DNA of 64,000 bases from a virus. Lineage: Duplodnaviria; Caudoviricetes. Positions 26,165 to 35,168 of this stretch are shown one piece after another. Below the pieces are notes generated by a model. That model saw only the letters and a list, made by a program, of their open reading frames with translations. It had not been told where the DNA came from and did no database searches. The translations under genes and the position numbers were made by a program. The stretch lies in IMG/VR virus record IMGVR_UViG_2639763197_000004, positions 27,530-91,529 of that record; one strand, written 5' to 3'. Position 1 is the stretch's first letter; each line of letters starts with the position of its first letter.

Positions 26165-26230
26165 TAGGGGAGCCTAACACCAGGCATCTAAGGTATTCCT
26201 ATTGACCTAAATAAAAGGTATGCCTAATAT
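26164..26230 (+). promoter_or_regulatory. oR operators and pR promoter
   Basis: Operators TTAGGGGAGCCTAA, TAAGGTATTCCTAT, AAAGGTATGCCTAA at 26164/26189/26214; TTGACC-N17-TAATAT. Confidence 0.85.
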
Positions 26231-26263
26231 CCGTACCTATGCGAATAGCCGGAGAAATCAGGC

Positions 26264-26458
26264 ATGAACCCAAATGAAATTATTGACGCTCTCGGTGGCA
26301 CTTTCCGTGTCGCCGAGTTGTGTGAAGTGCGACCTCCATCAGTAAGCGATTGGAGGAAATACGGCATCCCAAGGGCTCGGATGATGTTTCTGCGCATCGC
26401 CAGGCCAGACGTGTTCAAGGAACTGGACGCCCAAGGCGCCAAGAAAACCGCCGCCTGA
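26264..26458 (+). CDS. cro: Cro-like repressor
   Basis: IIDALGGTFRVAELCEVRPPSVSDWRKYGIPRAR. Confidence 0.88.
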   Translation: MNPNEIIDALGGTFRVAELCEVRPPSVSDWRKYGIPRARMMFLRIARPDVFKELDAQGAKKTAA

Positions 26459-26540
26459 CATCCCCGTCCGCCGTTCCATTGAGCAAATGATCGCCTCTGC
26501 ACCTGCAGGGCGCCACGTAAAGAATTTCGAGGTTTTAGGC

Positions 26541-26963
26541 ATGCAGGATTTTTTGAGGGCTTGCGACACCGCCGTAGAAGAGGCGAACACCAAGAATCTC
26601 GCCACGTTGATGAGTATGCCTCCTGTGAGCCTGCTTCAGCGTGCCAACGCGAATTACGACAACGCCTGGTTCAACGTAAAGCACCTGTATGCCTTGCTGC
26701 TGCATACGGATGACATGCGCCCCTTGGCTGCACTGGCTGGCGAGTTTGGTTATTCGATCATGAAGACGGATCAGCCTAAGGCTATCGACATTCATGACGC
26801 ACTGGGGCGCGCAACCCTGGAGTTTGCAGAAGTCACCGTCGAGACGCATGCGGCGATGGCTGATGGTCGAGTAGACCAGGTTGATCGCGCCCGGATTCTT
26901 CGCGAGATCGATCATGCCGAGAGCGCCCTGGCGCAGTTGAAAGCCTCGGTGAAGGTGGCCTGA
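26541..26963 (+). CDS. CII-like phage regulatory protein
   Basis: Position after cro; AMADGRVDQVDRARI motif. Confidence 0.7.
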   Translation: MQDFLRACDTAVEEANTKNLATLMSMPPVSLLQRANANYDNAWFNVKHLYALLLHTDDMRPLAALAGEFGYSIMKTDQPKAIDIHDALGRATLEFAEVTVETHAAMADGRVDQVDRARILREIDHAESALAQLKASVKVA

Positions 26964-27223
26964 TGTTTCGCCCGCACCCTGCGCGTCATATCAATCAGGT
27001 TCTCGATGAGGCCTTGGAAAAACTCGCTGACTCAGTGCCGGTGGAGGCGGGCACCCGTGAGTTTCATCAATTCGCAGCAGAGAAGGCTGCGCTACTGGTT
27101 CGGCTTTCCTACAGCGATCCAGCCAAGAAAAAAGCCCGCAACGACTGCATGAGTCATTTGCGGGCTTCTTTGTCTCGTTCGGCTGCAACCGAAGCGAGCA
27201 TTTCAAATATCAGGACGCATTAA
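26963..27223 (+). CDS. Hypothetical phage protein
   Basis: TGATG-coupled ORF. Confidence 0.55.
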   Translation: MFRPHPARHINQVLDEALEKLADSVPVEAGTREFHQFAAEKAALLVRLSYSDPAKKKARNDCMSHLRASLSRSAATEASISNIRTH

Positions 27224-27225
27224 GT

Positions 27226-28050
27226 ATGAGCAATGTCATCCCACTTCGCAATACCGGGGGATTTACCCGGATGGACAACGACCTGTACGAAGCCTTGATA
27301 GGTGCAGACCTGTCAGGCCGTGAGCTGCGTGTCGCCCTGGCGATCCACAGGCTCACCAGCGGCTACAACAAGGAAGCGGTGAAGGTAGCGGCCCTCTACA
27401 TCGCCAAGATGATGTACAGCGACGAAGACAAGGCTGTGTCTGAGCGCGCAAACGTATCTCGGGCCATCAACTCCCTGATTCGCCAGCGGGTTTTGTTTCG
27501 TAATGGTGGAAGCCGTGATCCGATCACTTTCCTACCCGTCAACGAATGGAAAATTGACCATAAATCCATTGTGTTGAAATCTACACACTGTGTAGAAAAG
27601 ACACCTGCCACTGTGTCGAAAATTACACACATAAAAGACATAAATACAAATCTAACTGCTAACGCAGTTGTCGCCGCTGACGCTTCGACCGGCGAGGATT
27701 TGGAATCTGAACCGGAACAGCAGGGCACCCCAGAACCTGATCAGCCTCCTGCAGCCAAGGTTGATCGAATCCCATACGGACGCATCGCTGAGATCTACAA
27801 CACCGTATGCGGCGAGAAGCTGCCGAAGTGCCTGAAGCTCTCGAACAAACGCAAGAACCTGATCAAGGGCTGCTGGAACCTGGAGATCAACGGCGTTCAT
27901 CCCTTCCGCAAGGGTGAGTTCTGGACTGCGTACTTCACCGATTGCCTGACCAACAAGCACTGGATCGGCGAGAACGACCGTGGCTGGACTGCTGATATTG
28001 AGTTTCTGACCCGCCAGGACAAGGTCCTGAAAGTGTTGGAGGCCCTATGA
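27226..28050 (+). CDS. Lambda O-like replication initiator
   Basis: GFTRMDNDLYEALIGADLSGRELRV; C-terminal GENDRGWTADIEFL. Confidence 0.9.
   Translation: MSNVIPLRNTGGFTRMDNDLYEALIGADLSGRELRVALAIHRLTSGYNKEAVKVAALYIAKMMYSDEDKAVSERANVSRAINSLIRQRVLFRNGGSRDPITFLPVNEWKIDHKSIVLKSTHCVEKTPATVSKITHIKDINTNLTANAVVAADASTGEDLESEPEQQGTPEPDQPPAAKVDRIPYGRIAEIYNTVCGEKLPKCLKLSNKRKNLIKGCWNLEINGVHPFRKGEFWTAYFTDCLTNKHWIGENDRGWTADIEFLTRQDKVLKVLEAL
27570..27655. repeat. Replication origin iterons and AT-rich tract inside O
   Basis: TGTGTTGAAATCTACACA, TGTGTAGAAAAGACAC, TGTGTCGAAAATTACACA followed by an A-rich run. Confidence 0.7.
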
Positions 28051-29447
28051 TTACTGACCGTCCACTGGTTGCGATGGAAGCGGAGTACGGCGTTGTCGGC
28101 TCCCTGTTCATCAAGCCAGACCTGATTGAAACGATCGGCGCCATGGTTAGCCCGACCGACTTCTACGACCAAGACGTTGCTGAGATTTACACGCTGATCC
28201 TTGCCGCCCGTTCCGCTGGCCGCCCTGCAGACCCTGTTTCGATTGCTGACATTCGCCACGAACTGTCCAGCGGCGAACTGACCATGATTCGGGCCTCCGA
28301 GATCTATAACGGTGTGCCAAGCGCCGCGAACGGTCTTGAATACGCCCGAATCGTGGTAGAGCGATCCAAGGCCCGCAAGGTCGCGGAGATCGGTCAAGCC
28401 ATCATCGACATGGCGAGCCACGCACGACCATTGGCCGGGATCATCGCCGACGCTCAAGAGGCCGTCCTGGCCCTGAACAGCGAAGACGACGAGCCGGATG
28501 TGATCAGCCTACGTGAAGCGCTCGGCCCGGTCGTTGACGAAATGGACGCTCGCTTCAATGGCGAGGGCATCAACGGACACGCCACGGGGTTGAAGGATCT
28601 GGACGAGTTGGTCCAAGGCCTGCGCGGCTCACACGTCATCATCATCGCTGGGCGTCCGGGCACTGGTAAAACCACGCTGGGCCTGGGTATCGCCGAAAAC
28701 CTGACTATCCGAGAAAGCAAGTCAGCGCTGGTGTTCTCGCTCGAAATGTCTGCCAAGGAGCTTTCCAAGCGCAGCCTGGCGTCTTCTTCGGCGGTAACGC
28801 TTGGCAGCATCGACACCGGCCAGGCCATGGGCAACGGCGAATCGATCACGCGCATTACCGGCGCCGTGAGCCGCATGCACTCTGCCGATCTGCGCATCTG
28901 TCAGAAGGGCGGGCTGCCACTGAGCCGCATCCGCAACATCGCCCGGTTTCAGCACCGCGCAAAGCCGCTGGACTTGATCGTCATCGACTACATCGGCCTG
29001 ATCGCACCAGAGGCTAGCTCTCGCCAGCAGAACCGGAACCTGGAGCTGGGCGCCATCAGTCGGGGCATCAAGGCAATGGCCAAGGAACTGGACATCCCGA
29101 TCATCGTCCTGGCCCAGCTCAATCGCAGCATCGAGACGCGCTCGACCAAGAAGCCGCAAATGTCCGACCTGCGCGACTCCGGCGAGATTGAGCAGGACGC
29201 CGACATCATCATGATCGCCCACCGCGACGCTGATTCAGACCTTGGGCGCAGCGGCGTAACCGAGATCGACGTGGTGAAGCACCGTCATGCAGCAGTCGGC
29301 CACTGCCTGCTGCAGCACCAGGGCGAGTATGCACGGTTCGTGAATTACGCCGGGCAACGTGAGCAGCAGCAAGAGGCCGCCGCGCCAGCGCCCCGCAAGT
29401 CCTCCAAATCCCTTCTGAACGACTTTAACCCACGGGGTGGTTTCTGA
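28047..29447 (+). CDS. dnaB: Phage DnaB-like replicative helicase
   Basis: AGRPGTGKT, FSLEM, IVIDY, AQLNR, DLRDSGEIEQDAD. Confidence 0.95.
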   Translation: MITDRPLVAMEAEYGVVGSLFIKPDLIETIGAMVSPTDFYDQDVAEIYTLILAARSAGRPADPVSIADIRHELSSGELTMIRASEIYNGVPSAANGLEYARIVVERSKARKVAEIGQAIIDMASHARPLAGIIADAQEAVLALNSEDDEPDVISLREALGPVVDEMDARFNGEGINGHATGLKDLDELVQGLRGSHVIIIAGRPGTGKTTLGLGIAENLTIRESKSALVFSLEMSAKELSKRSLASSSAVTLGSIDTGQAMGNGESITRITGAVSRMHSADLRICQKGGLPLSRIRNIARFQHRAKPLDLIVIDYIGLIAPEASSRQQNRNLELGAISRGIKAMAKELDIPIIVLAQLNRSIETRSTKKPQMSDLRDSGEIEQDADIIMIAHRDADSDLGRSGVTEIDVVKHRHAAVGHCLLQHQGEYARFVNYAGQREQQQEAAAPAPRKSSKSLLNDFNPRGGF

Positions 29448-29950
29448 TGAACGAATCCAGACAGCAACAGATTCTCGCCGGTCAGTCCTCAATCGCTCAG
29501 AAGGTTTTCACCCTCGTTCCCATCCAGGCGGCTTGGAGCAATCACGAAATCCACGGTGCCGCCCTCACAGCCAAGGCCACCGGCGCATCGCCCTACGCCA
29601 TCCGCCGCGCCTTGGGCGAACTCAAGGAAGCCGGTCTGATCCGTGAGCCGGTTGGTGGCAAGTTTCAGCGTGACGCAGCGACCCCCAAAAAAATCAAGGA
29701 GCAAGCCGTGACCCAGGTAGCCAAACAAGCCGTTGTTTCGATCAAGAAGCCCGAAGGTGCCCTGGATGTTCTGGCCAGCCTTTCCGGTGAGGTTGTGAGC
29801 CTGGCTGATGATTTCAGCAGGCGCATGAAGGCGCTCGCCAGTCGCATCGAAGAGGTGGCGCTGTCCGTGGAGGTTGAGCGCGAAACCAACGCAGCGGCCG
29901 TGGGCAAGCTGAAACAGCTGCAGGAACTGCTGAAGGGGATCTCGCAATGA
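29447..29950 (+). CDS. Hypothetical phage protein
   Basis: Coupled ORF, 167 aa. Confidence 0.75.
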   Translation: MNESRQQQILAGQSSIAQKVFTLVPIQAAWSNHEIHGAALTAKATGASPYAIRRALGELKEAGLIREPVGGKFQRDAATPKKIKEQAVTQVAKQAVVSIKKPEGALDVLASLSGEVVSLADDFSRRMKALASRIEEVALSVEVERETNAAAVGKLKQLQELLKGISQ

Positions 29951-30582
29951 CCGACTACACCGAACTGCAGCGTCTGGCCGAGCATCATCTTTCGCTTGGC
30001 CATGCCTACACGGTAGCAACTCCATCCGCAGTCCTGGCCCTGATCGCCGAGAACGATCGGCTTCGGGAAGCGCATGAGCAGATCTGCACGAATTACAACA
30101 AGGTCAGCTACGCGTCAGAAGAGCGAGGCAAGCAGATCGACCAGCTCAAGGCAGAGCTTGAACACACTGGGTACGACCACGACCTGTTGCGCAATGAGCG
30201 CGACCAGCTAAAGGCCGAGAACGAGTCGCTGCGCGACGATATTGAGCAGACCCAGTACGACACCAACGCTTGGCGCAATGGTGAAGAGTCGGTCTGGATC
30301 GAGGTCTTTAACAGCGAAGGCGATGACCCATTCATCAGCGCTATCAGCGGCCAGATTACCGTCGAGCAGTTGGCCCTGATCCAGGCTGAGATCCTTGAAT
30401 ATCGGGAGGACTATTTCGAGAAGGGTTCGGGACTTTACGTTTTCAGGTGTGCCCATCACCAGGCCCATCACGACAACGTAGGCATGACTGAGCCTGCTCA
30501 CTGGGAGACTGACTTTGAGTCGTATAGCCCTTTCCCATGGGAAGAAGAGGCCGCCGCCATGGGCAATGGAGAGCAGTCATGA
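29947..30582 (+). CDS. Ead/Ea22-like phage protein
   Basis: MTDYTELQRLAE...ATPSAVLALIAENDRL. Confidence 0.65.
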   Translation: MTDYTELQRLAEHHLSLGHAYTVATPSAVLALIAENDRLREAHEQICTNYNKVSYASEERGKQIDQLKAELEHTGYDHDLLRNERDQLKAENESLRDDIEQTQYDTNAWRNGEESVWIEVFNSEGDDPFISAISGQITVEQLALIQAEILEYREDYFEKGSGLYVFRCAHHQAHHDNVGMTEPAHWETDFESYSPFPWEEEAAAMGNGEQS

Positions 30583-31055
30583 ACCCGATCATCACTCACC
30601 AGATGCAACCGTGCGCTTACAGCTGCGTGTCGACCTGCATGGCAATGATCGTTGGCCGGCCGGCACAGGAAGTCATCGAAGAGATGCATCAGCCATATCG
30701 CGCCGGCGAGCTGACTTTGCGGCAGATGCTGGAGCGCCTCGGCGTTGAATACACGGCCTTCTTCAGTCTGGACTGCCCACCGCTAGCCGATGAAGGCGTT
30801 TATATGTGCACGTCACCTTCGCTCAACATCGAAGGCGGCAACCATCAGATCCTGATCGAGGTTACCGACCAGGGCTACTTCGTATTTGACCCGGTGCAGG
30901 GTCGCGAGGATCGCAAATATTACGTGGCGCGCGGTCGCGGCGAGGGCATTCCGCTGGCGATCGACCTTGGCGGCTTCGTCGTCGACGCCTTTATCTCGCG
31001 TGAACATCTTTTGGCCCGGCGCGCCGGCGAACCTTTGACGGAGGTTGCAGCATGA
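30579..31055 (+). CDS. C39-like papain-fold peptidase
   Basis: HQMQPCAYSCVSTCMAM (Q..C), GNHQILI (H), VFDP (D). Confidence 0.6.
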   Translation: MNPIITHQMQPCAYSCVSTCMAMIVGRPAQEVIEEMHQPYRAGELTLRQMLERLGVEYTAFFSLDCPPLADEGVYMCTSPSLNIEGGNHQILIEVTDQGYFVFDPVQGREDRKYYVARGRGEGIPLAIDLGGFVVDAFISREHLLARRAGEPLTEVAA

Positions 31056-31567
31056 CCAAGCCTGCCAAGCCTCGCCCAATGCCCGTGTACCTGGTGCTGC
31101 GCCGTCTGGTCGACCCTGCCACCGGCAAGGAGGTGGCCGCTTTCGTGCCTTCCTCCGACGCTGACCGGTCGATCCTTCGCGAGCGGGATTTCCGGATCAA
31201 CACGAAGATCCGCGCCGACCTCAAGCAGCCGCGCAATCCTCGGTTCAATGGATTGGTCCACGGCCTGGGCCGGGTGCTGAGCCAGAACATCGAACGGTTC
31301 TCCGGAAAGCAGTCCCACGACGCAATCAAGGCCCTGCAGCTGGAGTCTGGCGTTTACTGCGACGAGGAGCTGTTCGACATCCCTGGTCTGGGCCAACTCA
31401 CCCGCAAGACGCCGCGCAGCCTCTCGTACGACTCGATGGGCGAAGAGATCTTCCAAGACTTTTGGCGCCAGTGCTGCGCATACCTCGTGCTGCATGATTG
31501 GCCGACGCTCACCGAAGAGCGACTGACCGAGATGGCCGAGTTCGAAGCATTCAAGGAGGTCGCATGA
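31052..31567 (+). CDS. nin-region phage protein
   Basis: PRNPRFN...PRSLSYDSM motif; upstream of NinG. Confidence 0.65.
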   Translation: MTKPAKPRPMPVYLVLRRLVDPATGKEVAAFVPSSDADRSILRERDFRINTKIRADLKQPRNPRFNGLVHGLGRVLSQNIERFSGKQSHDAIKALQLESGVYCDEELFDIPGLGQLTRKTPRSLSYDSMGEEIFQDFWRQCCAYLVLHDWPTLTEERLTEMAEFEAFKEVA

Positions 31568-32163
31568 GCCTCCAAGCCAAACAACCCAAGCCAAAGACCT
31601 GCAAGAACCCAGCATGCAGGGCCTCATTTGTCCCGCAGCGCCTCGGTCAGGCGGTGTGCAGCCCTAAGTGTGCGCTGGCCACCGTAGAGGTGCAGAAGGC
31701 CAAGGAGAAGAAGTCGCTGGCCCAGGCCGGCCGCCGGGAGATCAAGGTGCGCAAGGAGGCGCTCAAGACTCGTGGCTACCACATTCGCGAAGCACAGCAG
31801 GCGTTCAACGAGTACATCCGCACCCGGGACCAGGCCGCCGGCCACCTCTGCATATCCAGCGGCAAGCCATTGGACTGGAGCGGTAACGCGGTAGATGCAG
31901 GCCATTACCGCAGCGTCGGCTCTGCGCCGCACCTGCGCTTCGATGAGCGCAACTGCCACGCACAGAGCAAGCAGGATAACCGATTCCTCTCCGGCAACGC
32001 GGTGGACTACCGGATTGGCCTGATCGCGCGCATCGGCCAGGAGGCGGTCGACGCCCTGGAATCCGACCAGAGCGTGCGCAAGTACACCGTGGATGAGATC
32101 AAGGTCATCAAGGCTGCGTACCGGGCAAAGACCAGAGAACTGAAGAAGGGGCAGGTAGCATGA
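31564..32163 (+). CDS. ninG: NinG/Rap-like recombination nuclease
   Basis: AQQAFNEYIRTRD, CISSG, DAGHYRS, LRFDERNCHAQ. Confidence 0.9.
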   Translation: MSLQAKQPKPKTCKNPACRASFVPQRLGQAVCSPKCALATVEVQKAKEKKSLAQAGRREIKVRKEALKTRGYHIREAQQAFNEYIRTRDQAAGHLCISSGKPLDWSGNAVDAGHYRSVGSAPHLRFDERNCHAQSKQDNRFLSGNAVDYRIGLIARIGQEAVDALESDQSVRKYTVDEIKVIKAAYRAKTRELKKGQVA

Positions 32164-32741
32164 AGATCAACTCAGCGCGCCAGGCGTGGCATGACTGCAA
32201 ATACAACCCGGCCCCGGGCCAGACCTCTGATGTTGTGCAATTGGGCGTGGTGGTGCAGAACACCGAGCGCGGCCCTACGGCGAATCATGCGGTGCATGGG
32301 GCGCTGGCGGGGCATATCCAGTCGGCAATCGCTCGGCTACATCCGCAGATCCGCGTCTTCGGCGACTTCATGTACGCCGCTGAGCAGAGCGACGACATCC
32401 GTGAGGCAGCCGAGGAGGTGGTATTCCTGGCAGTGCAGAGCAAGTCGCCACGCATGACGGCGGCCAAGCGGGAGAAGCTGGAGTATGTGGTGAAGGGCGT
32501 CATGCGTCGGTACCAGTACATGCACCAGGGCGGCCAGTCGGCCAACGAAGACCCGTTCGCCAATCCCGAGAAGTTCAGGGAGTGGATGTGGCAGTTCTAC
32601 GGTGTGCGCCTGGAGTCGGTTCGATGGGATCGGGAGTGGGGTGGCTATATCAAGCTCGCATTCGAGTGCTGCGAGGATCTGGACCGCCGAGCGCTCAGCC
32701 CGGTTGCGGCGGTAATTTACGAAATGCGCGAGGCCGCTTGA
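32160..32741 (+). CDS. Late antiterminator Q-like protein
   Basis: Last nin gene before the late promoter/terminator and holin. Confidence 0.65.
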   Translation: MKINSARQAWHDCKYNPAPGQTSDVVQLGVVVQNTERGPTANHAVHGALAGHIQSAIARLHPQIRVFGDFMYAAEQSDDIREAAEEVVFLAVQSKSPRMTAAKREKLEYVVKGVMRRYQYMHQGGQSANEDPFANPEKFREWMWQFYGVRLESVRWDREWGGYIKLAFECCEDLDRRALSPVAAVIYEMREAA

Positions 32742-32748
32742 GGCCCTA

Positions 32749-32777
32749 TTGCGTTCCCGCTCGGCTGGTGGCATATT
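32749..32777 (+). promoter_or_regulatory. Late promoter pR'-like
   Basis: TTGCGT-N17-CATATT right after Q. Confidence 0.6.
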
Positions 32778-32826
32778 AGCGCCATCCTGATAATTTTGCC
32801 TTCGGCAACTTAATTACTGATCCAAG

Positions 32827-32854
32827 AAAACCCGGCCATCGAGCCGGGTTTTTT
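32827..32854 (+). terminator. tR'-like terminator
   Basis: AAAACCCGGC-CATCGA-GCCGGGTTTTTT. Confidence 0.8.
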
Positions 32855-33073
32855 ATTGCTCAAAATTCACTGCAGCCAGGGCAGCCCTCGGGAGGCCTGG
32901 ACGCTGATAAGCCGGTAGTGCAGCGCTACGGAAAAACACCGGCAGCCCGTGCACTCTGACCTCACATGCTTGTGGAGTGGCGCGAGACAGGAAGGGCGAG
33001 ATCGATGCATTGGGGCGTCGACGCTTGGATTGTCTCTGGCAGACAGCGCGGAAAGACGCGCACACTTATTCAG

Positions 33074-33105
33074 GGCCTCGACATTGATCGGGGCCTTTTC
33101 GTTTT
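33074..33105 (+). terminator. Second late-leader terminator
   Basis: GGCCTCGA-CATTGA-TCGGGGCC-TTTTCGTTTT. Confidence 0.6.
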
Positions 33106-33177
33106 CGGCCCCGCCACACCCATTGCCCCGAGCTGGGAGTGCTGCCGGGACTGATTCAACTCGCAATGGAGAGAGCA

Positions 33178-33501
33178 ATGGCAGAACCAGCGAGCACAGC
33201 CGCCAGCGTATTGCTGGTGAAGTACGGCGTGGTCATGGCTGCATTCATTGGCTCGATCTTGTCTCTTGGCTTCCTCAGAGATCTGACTCGGGGCCAGGCA
33301 GCCGCAGCGGTGGCCACCGGCTTCTTTTTCTCTGTGTACCTGACACAGCCCGTCACTGGCTGGCTCGCTACAAGACTGGAACTTGTAGTAGACGACAACC
33401 TCCTGTGCGGTGTTGCCTTCGTACTTGGCCTGACCGCCATGAACATCATCCCAGCCATCAAAGCAGTCATAGGGTCTTTCCCGACGACGCGAGGTGCCTG
33501 A
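33178..33501 (+). CDS. Holin-like 3-TM protein
   Basis: Three hydrophobic helices; first late gene. Confidence 0.75.
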   Translation: MAEPASTAASVLLVKYGVVMAAFIGSILSLGFLRDLTRGQAAAAVATGFFFSVYLTQPVTGWLATRLELVVDDNLLCGVAFVLGLTAMNIIPAIKAVIGSFPTTRGA

Positions 33502-33502
33502 C

Positions 33503-33775
33503 ATGAACAGCATCCTAGTTTCAGTGATGGGGGTATTTGATGCGCTTCTGTGCGTATTGGTGGCCCTGGCTGCGTGTGACTATCTTCGCCGGATTCGCCC
33601 CGTAGACCAGCCGCTTCTGTGTTCAGCCTTCTACCTGGTAGCCATTGGTGCGTTCGGCGCGTTCGTGACCGCCATCCAAGGCCATTGGGTCAACCCGTTC
33701 GGCGTGATGCTTCATGCCGGTGTGGTGGCTTATGCCTGGGCGAGACGCGGCTATGTCTTCGGCAAGGTCGAATAA
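33503..33775 (+). CDS. Second holin-like membrane protein
   Basis: Three TM segments, basic tail. Confidence 0.65.
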   Translation: MNSILVSVMGVFDALLCVLVALAACDYLRRIRPVDQPLLCSAFYLVAIGAFGAFVTAIQGHWVNPFGVMLHAGVVAYAWARRGYVFGKVE

Positions 33776-33828
33776 TCCGCGCCACGTTTTCGAATGTGCC
33801 AAATCGTGGCGCGCAATTGGAGTAGGGC

Positions 33829-34071
33829 ATGAGCGACCAATCAGGCGAACACGTCCACTACAGGGATGATGGCCGAGGCCGGCGTTAGGTGATCATCGAC
33901 GGCCAGCCCGCTACACACGTGATCTGGTGCGACACAAAGGCCGGTATCGCAGTTGTTGCCGACCAGCCGATCAAGTCCACCGATGGCGAGACAGTCGACT
34001 TTCACCCGGTATGGGGTGAGATCAAGGTGATCCCAATTGAACAGGCCTCTTCCCCCGGCGAACCTGCTTGA
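33829..34071 (+). pseudogene. Phage ORF interrupted by an in-frame TAG
   Basis: SD GGAG + ATG 33829, 19 codons, TAG 33886-33888, same frame continues 60 aa. Confidence 0.45.
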
Positions 34072-34660
34072 GCTGTCCGATCTCTCCGACTTCGGTATCC
34101 GCCTGACGCCTGCGCCCGAAGTGTGGGAGTGGCTCCAGGCCGAGATCCTTGCTGACACCGGCAGCATTCACAATGAAGACCATGCTCATCTACTGGATGC
34201 AGACATCCGGATCATGTGGGCCTCGTCTAGCTTCGAGAAGCAGGGTCGTACAATTCTAGGCCAGGCCGAGCAGGTAGCGTTCCGCGCTGGTGGCTGGCAG
34301 AAGGCCCGGATGGAACAACAGATGCGTGATTGGTTCGGCGATGTGCCGGCCTTCATCATCACCTTGGCTGCCGACTACTGCGCCCAGTGCAGCGACCTTG
34401 AGTTCTGTGCGCTCCTGGAGCACGAGCTTTACCACATTGCTCATGCCATGGATAAGTACGGTCAGCCAGCCTTCACCAAAGAAGGGGCGCCGAAGCTCGA
34501 GATGCGTGGCCACGATGTCGAGGAGTTCGTCGGTGTCGTCCGCCGCTACGGTGCAAGCCCTGACGTTCAAGCGTTGGTGGATGCTGCAAACAGTCCTGCT
34601 GAGGTGGGGAAATTGAACATTGCGAGGGCCTGCGGAACCTGTCTGCTGAGATCGGCCTGA
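34037..34660 (+). CDS. Putative phage metallopeptidase
   Basis: LLEHELYH and HDVEEF motifs. Confidence 0.8.
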   Translation: MNRPLPPANLLELSDLSDFGIRLTPAPEVWEWLQAEILADTGSIHNEDHAHLLDADIRIMWASSSFEKQGRTILGQAEQVAFRAGGWQKARMEQQMRDWFGDVPAFIITLAADYCAQCSDLEFCALLEHELYHIAHAMDKYGQPAFTKEGAPKLEMRGHDVEEFVGVVRRYGASPDVQALVDAANSPAEVGKLNIARACGTCLLRSA

Positions 34661-34691
34661 TTCTTGACAGGCTCTAGACGGATGAGAATTT

Positions 34692-35168
34692 ATGGCAGCC
34701 CTGAAAAATGAGGTTAAGAGCTTCATCGTTCAGGCGCTGGCGTGCTTTGACACCCCCTCCCAGGTGGTGGAAGCCGTCAAGAACGAATACGGGGTTGTGG
34801 TGAGCCGCCAGCAGGTGGAGACGCACGACCCAACCAAGTCTGCTGGGAAGGGGCTGGCGGTGAAGTGGGTGACCCTGTTTCACGATACTCGTAAGCGATT
34901 CCGCGAAGAGACCGCAGAGATACCCATCGCCAACCGCGCCTATCGACTTCGTGGCCTGGGACGAATGGCTGAGAAGGCCGAGAGCATGCGCAACCTGGCG
35001 CTGACCGCTCAGCTGTACGAGCAGGCCGCCAAAGAGGTGGGCGACGTCTACGTGAATCGCCGCCTCGAACCTGAGAAACCTCTGGGCTCCCAAGCGGACC
35101 AGCAGCACGCCGTTGCTGAGTACACCTTGGAGCCTGATGAGAATGTCCCCGCTACCCCGTACCTTTGA
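34692..35168 (+). CDS. Terminase small subunit (DUF2280)
   Basis: FIVQALACFDTPSQV...IPIANRAYRL...EQAAKE. Confidence 0.85.
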   Translation: MAALKNEVKSFIVQALACFDTPSQVVEAVKNEYGVVVSRQQVETHDPTKSAGKGLAVKWVTLFHDTRKRFREETAEIPIANRAYRLRGLGRMAEKAESMRNLALTAQLYEQAAKEVGDVYVNRRLEPEKPLGSQADQQHAVAEYTLEPDENVPATPYL

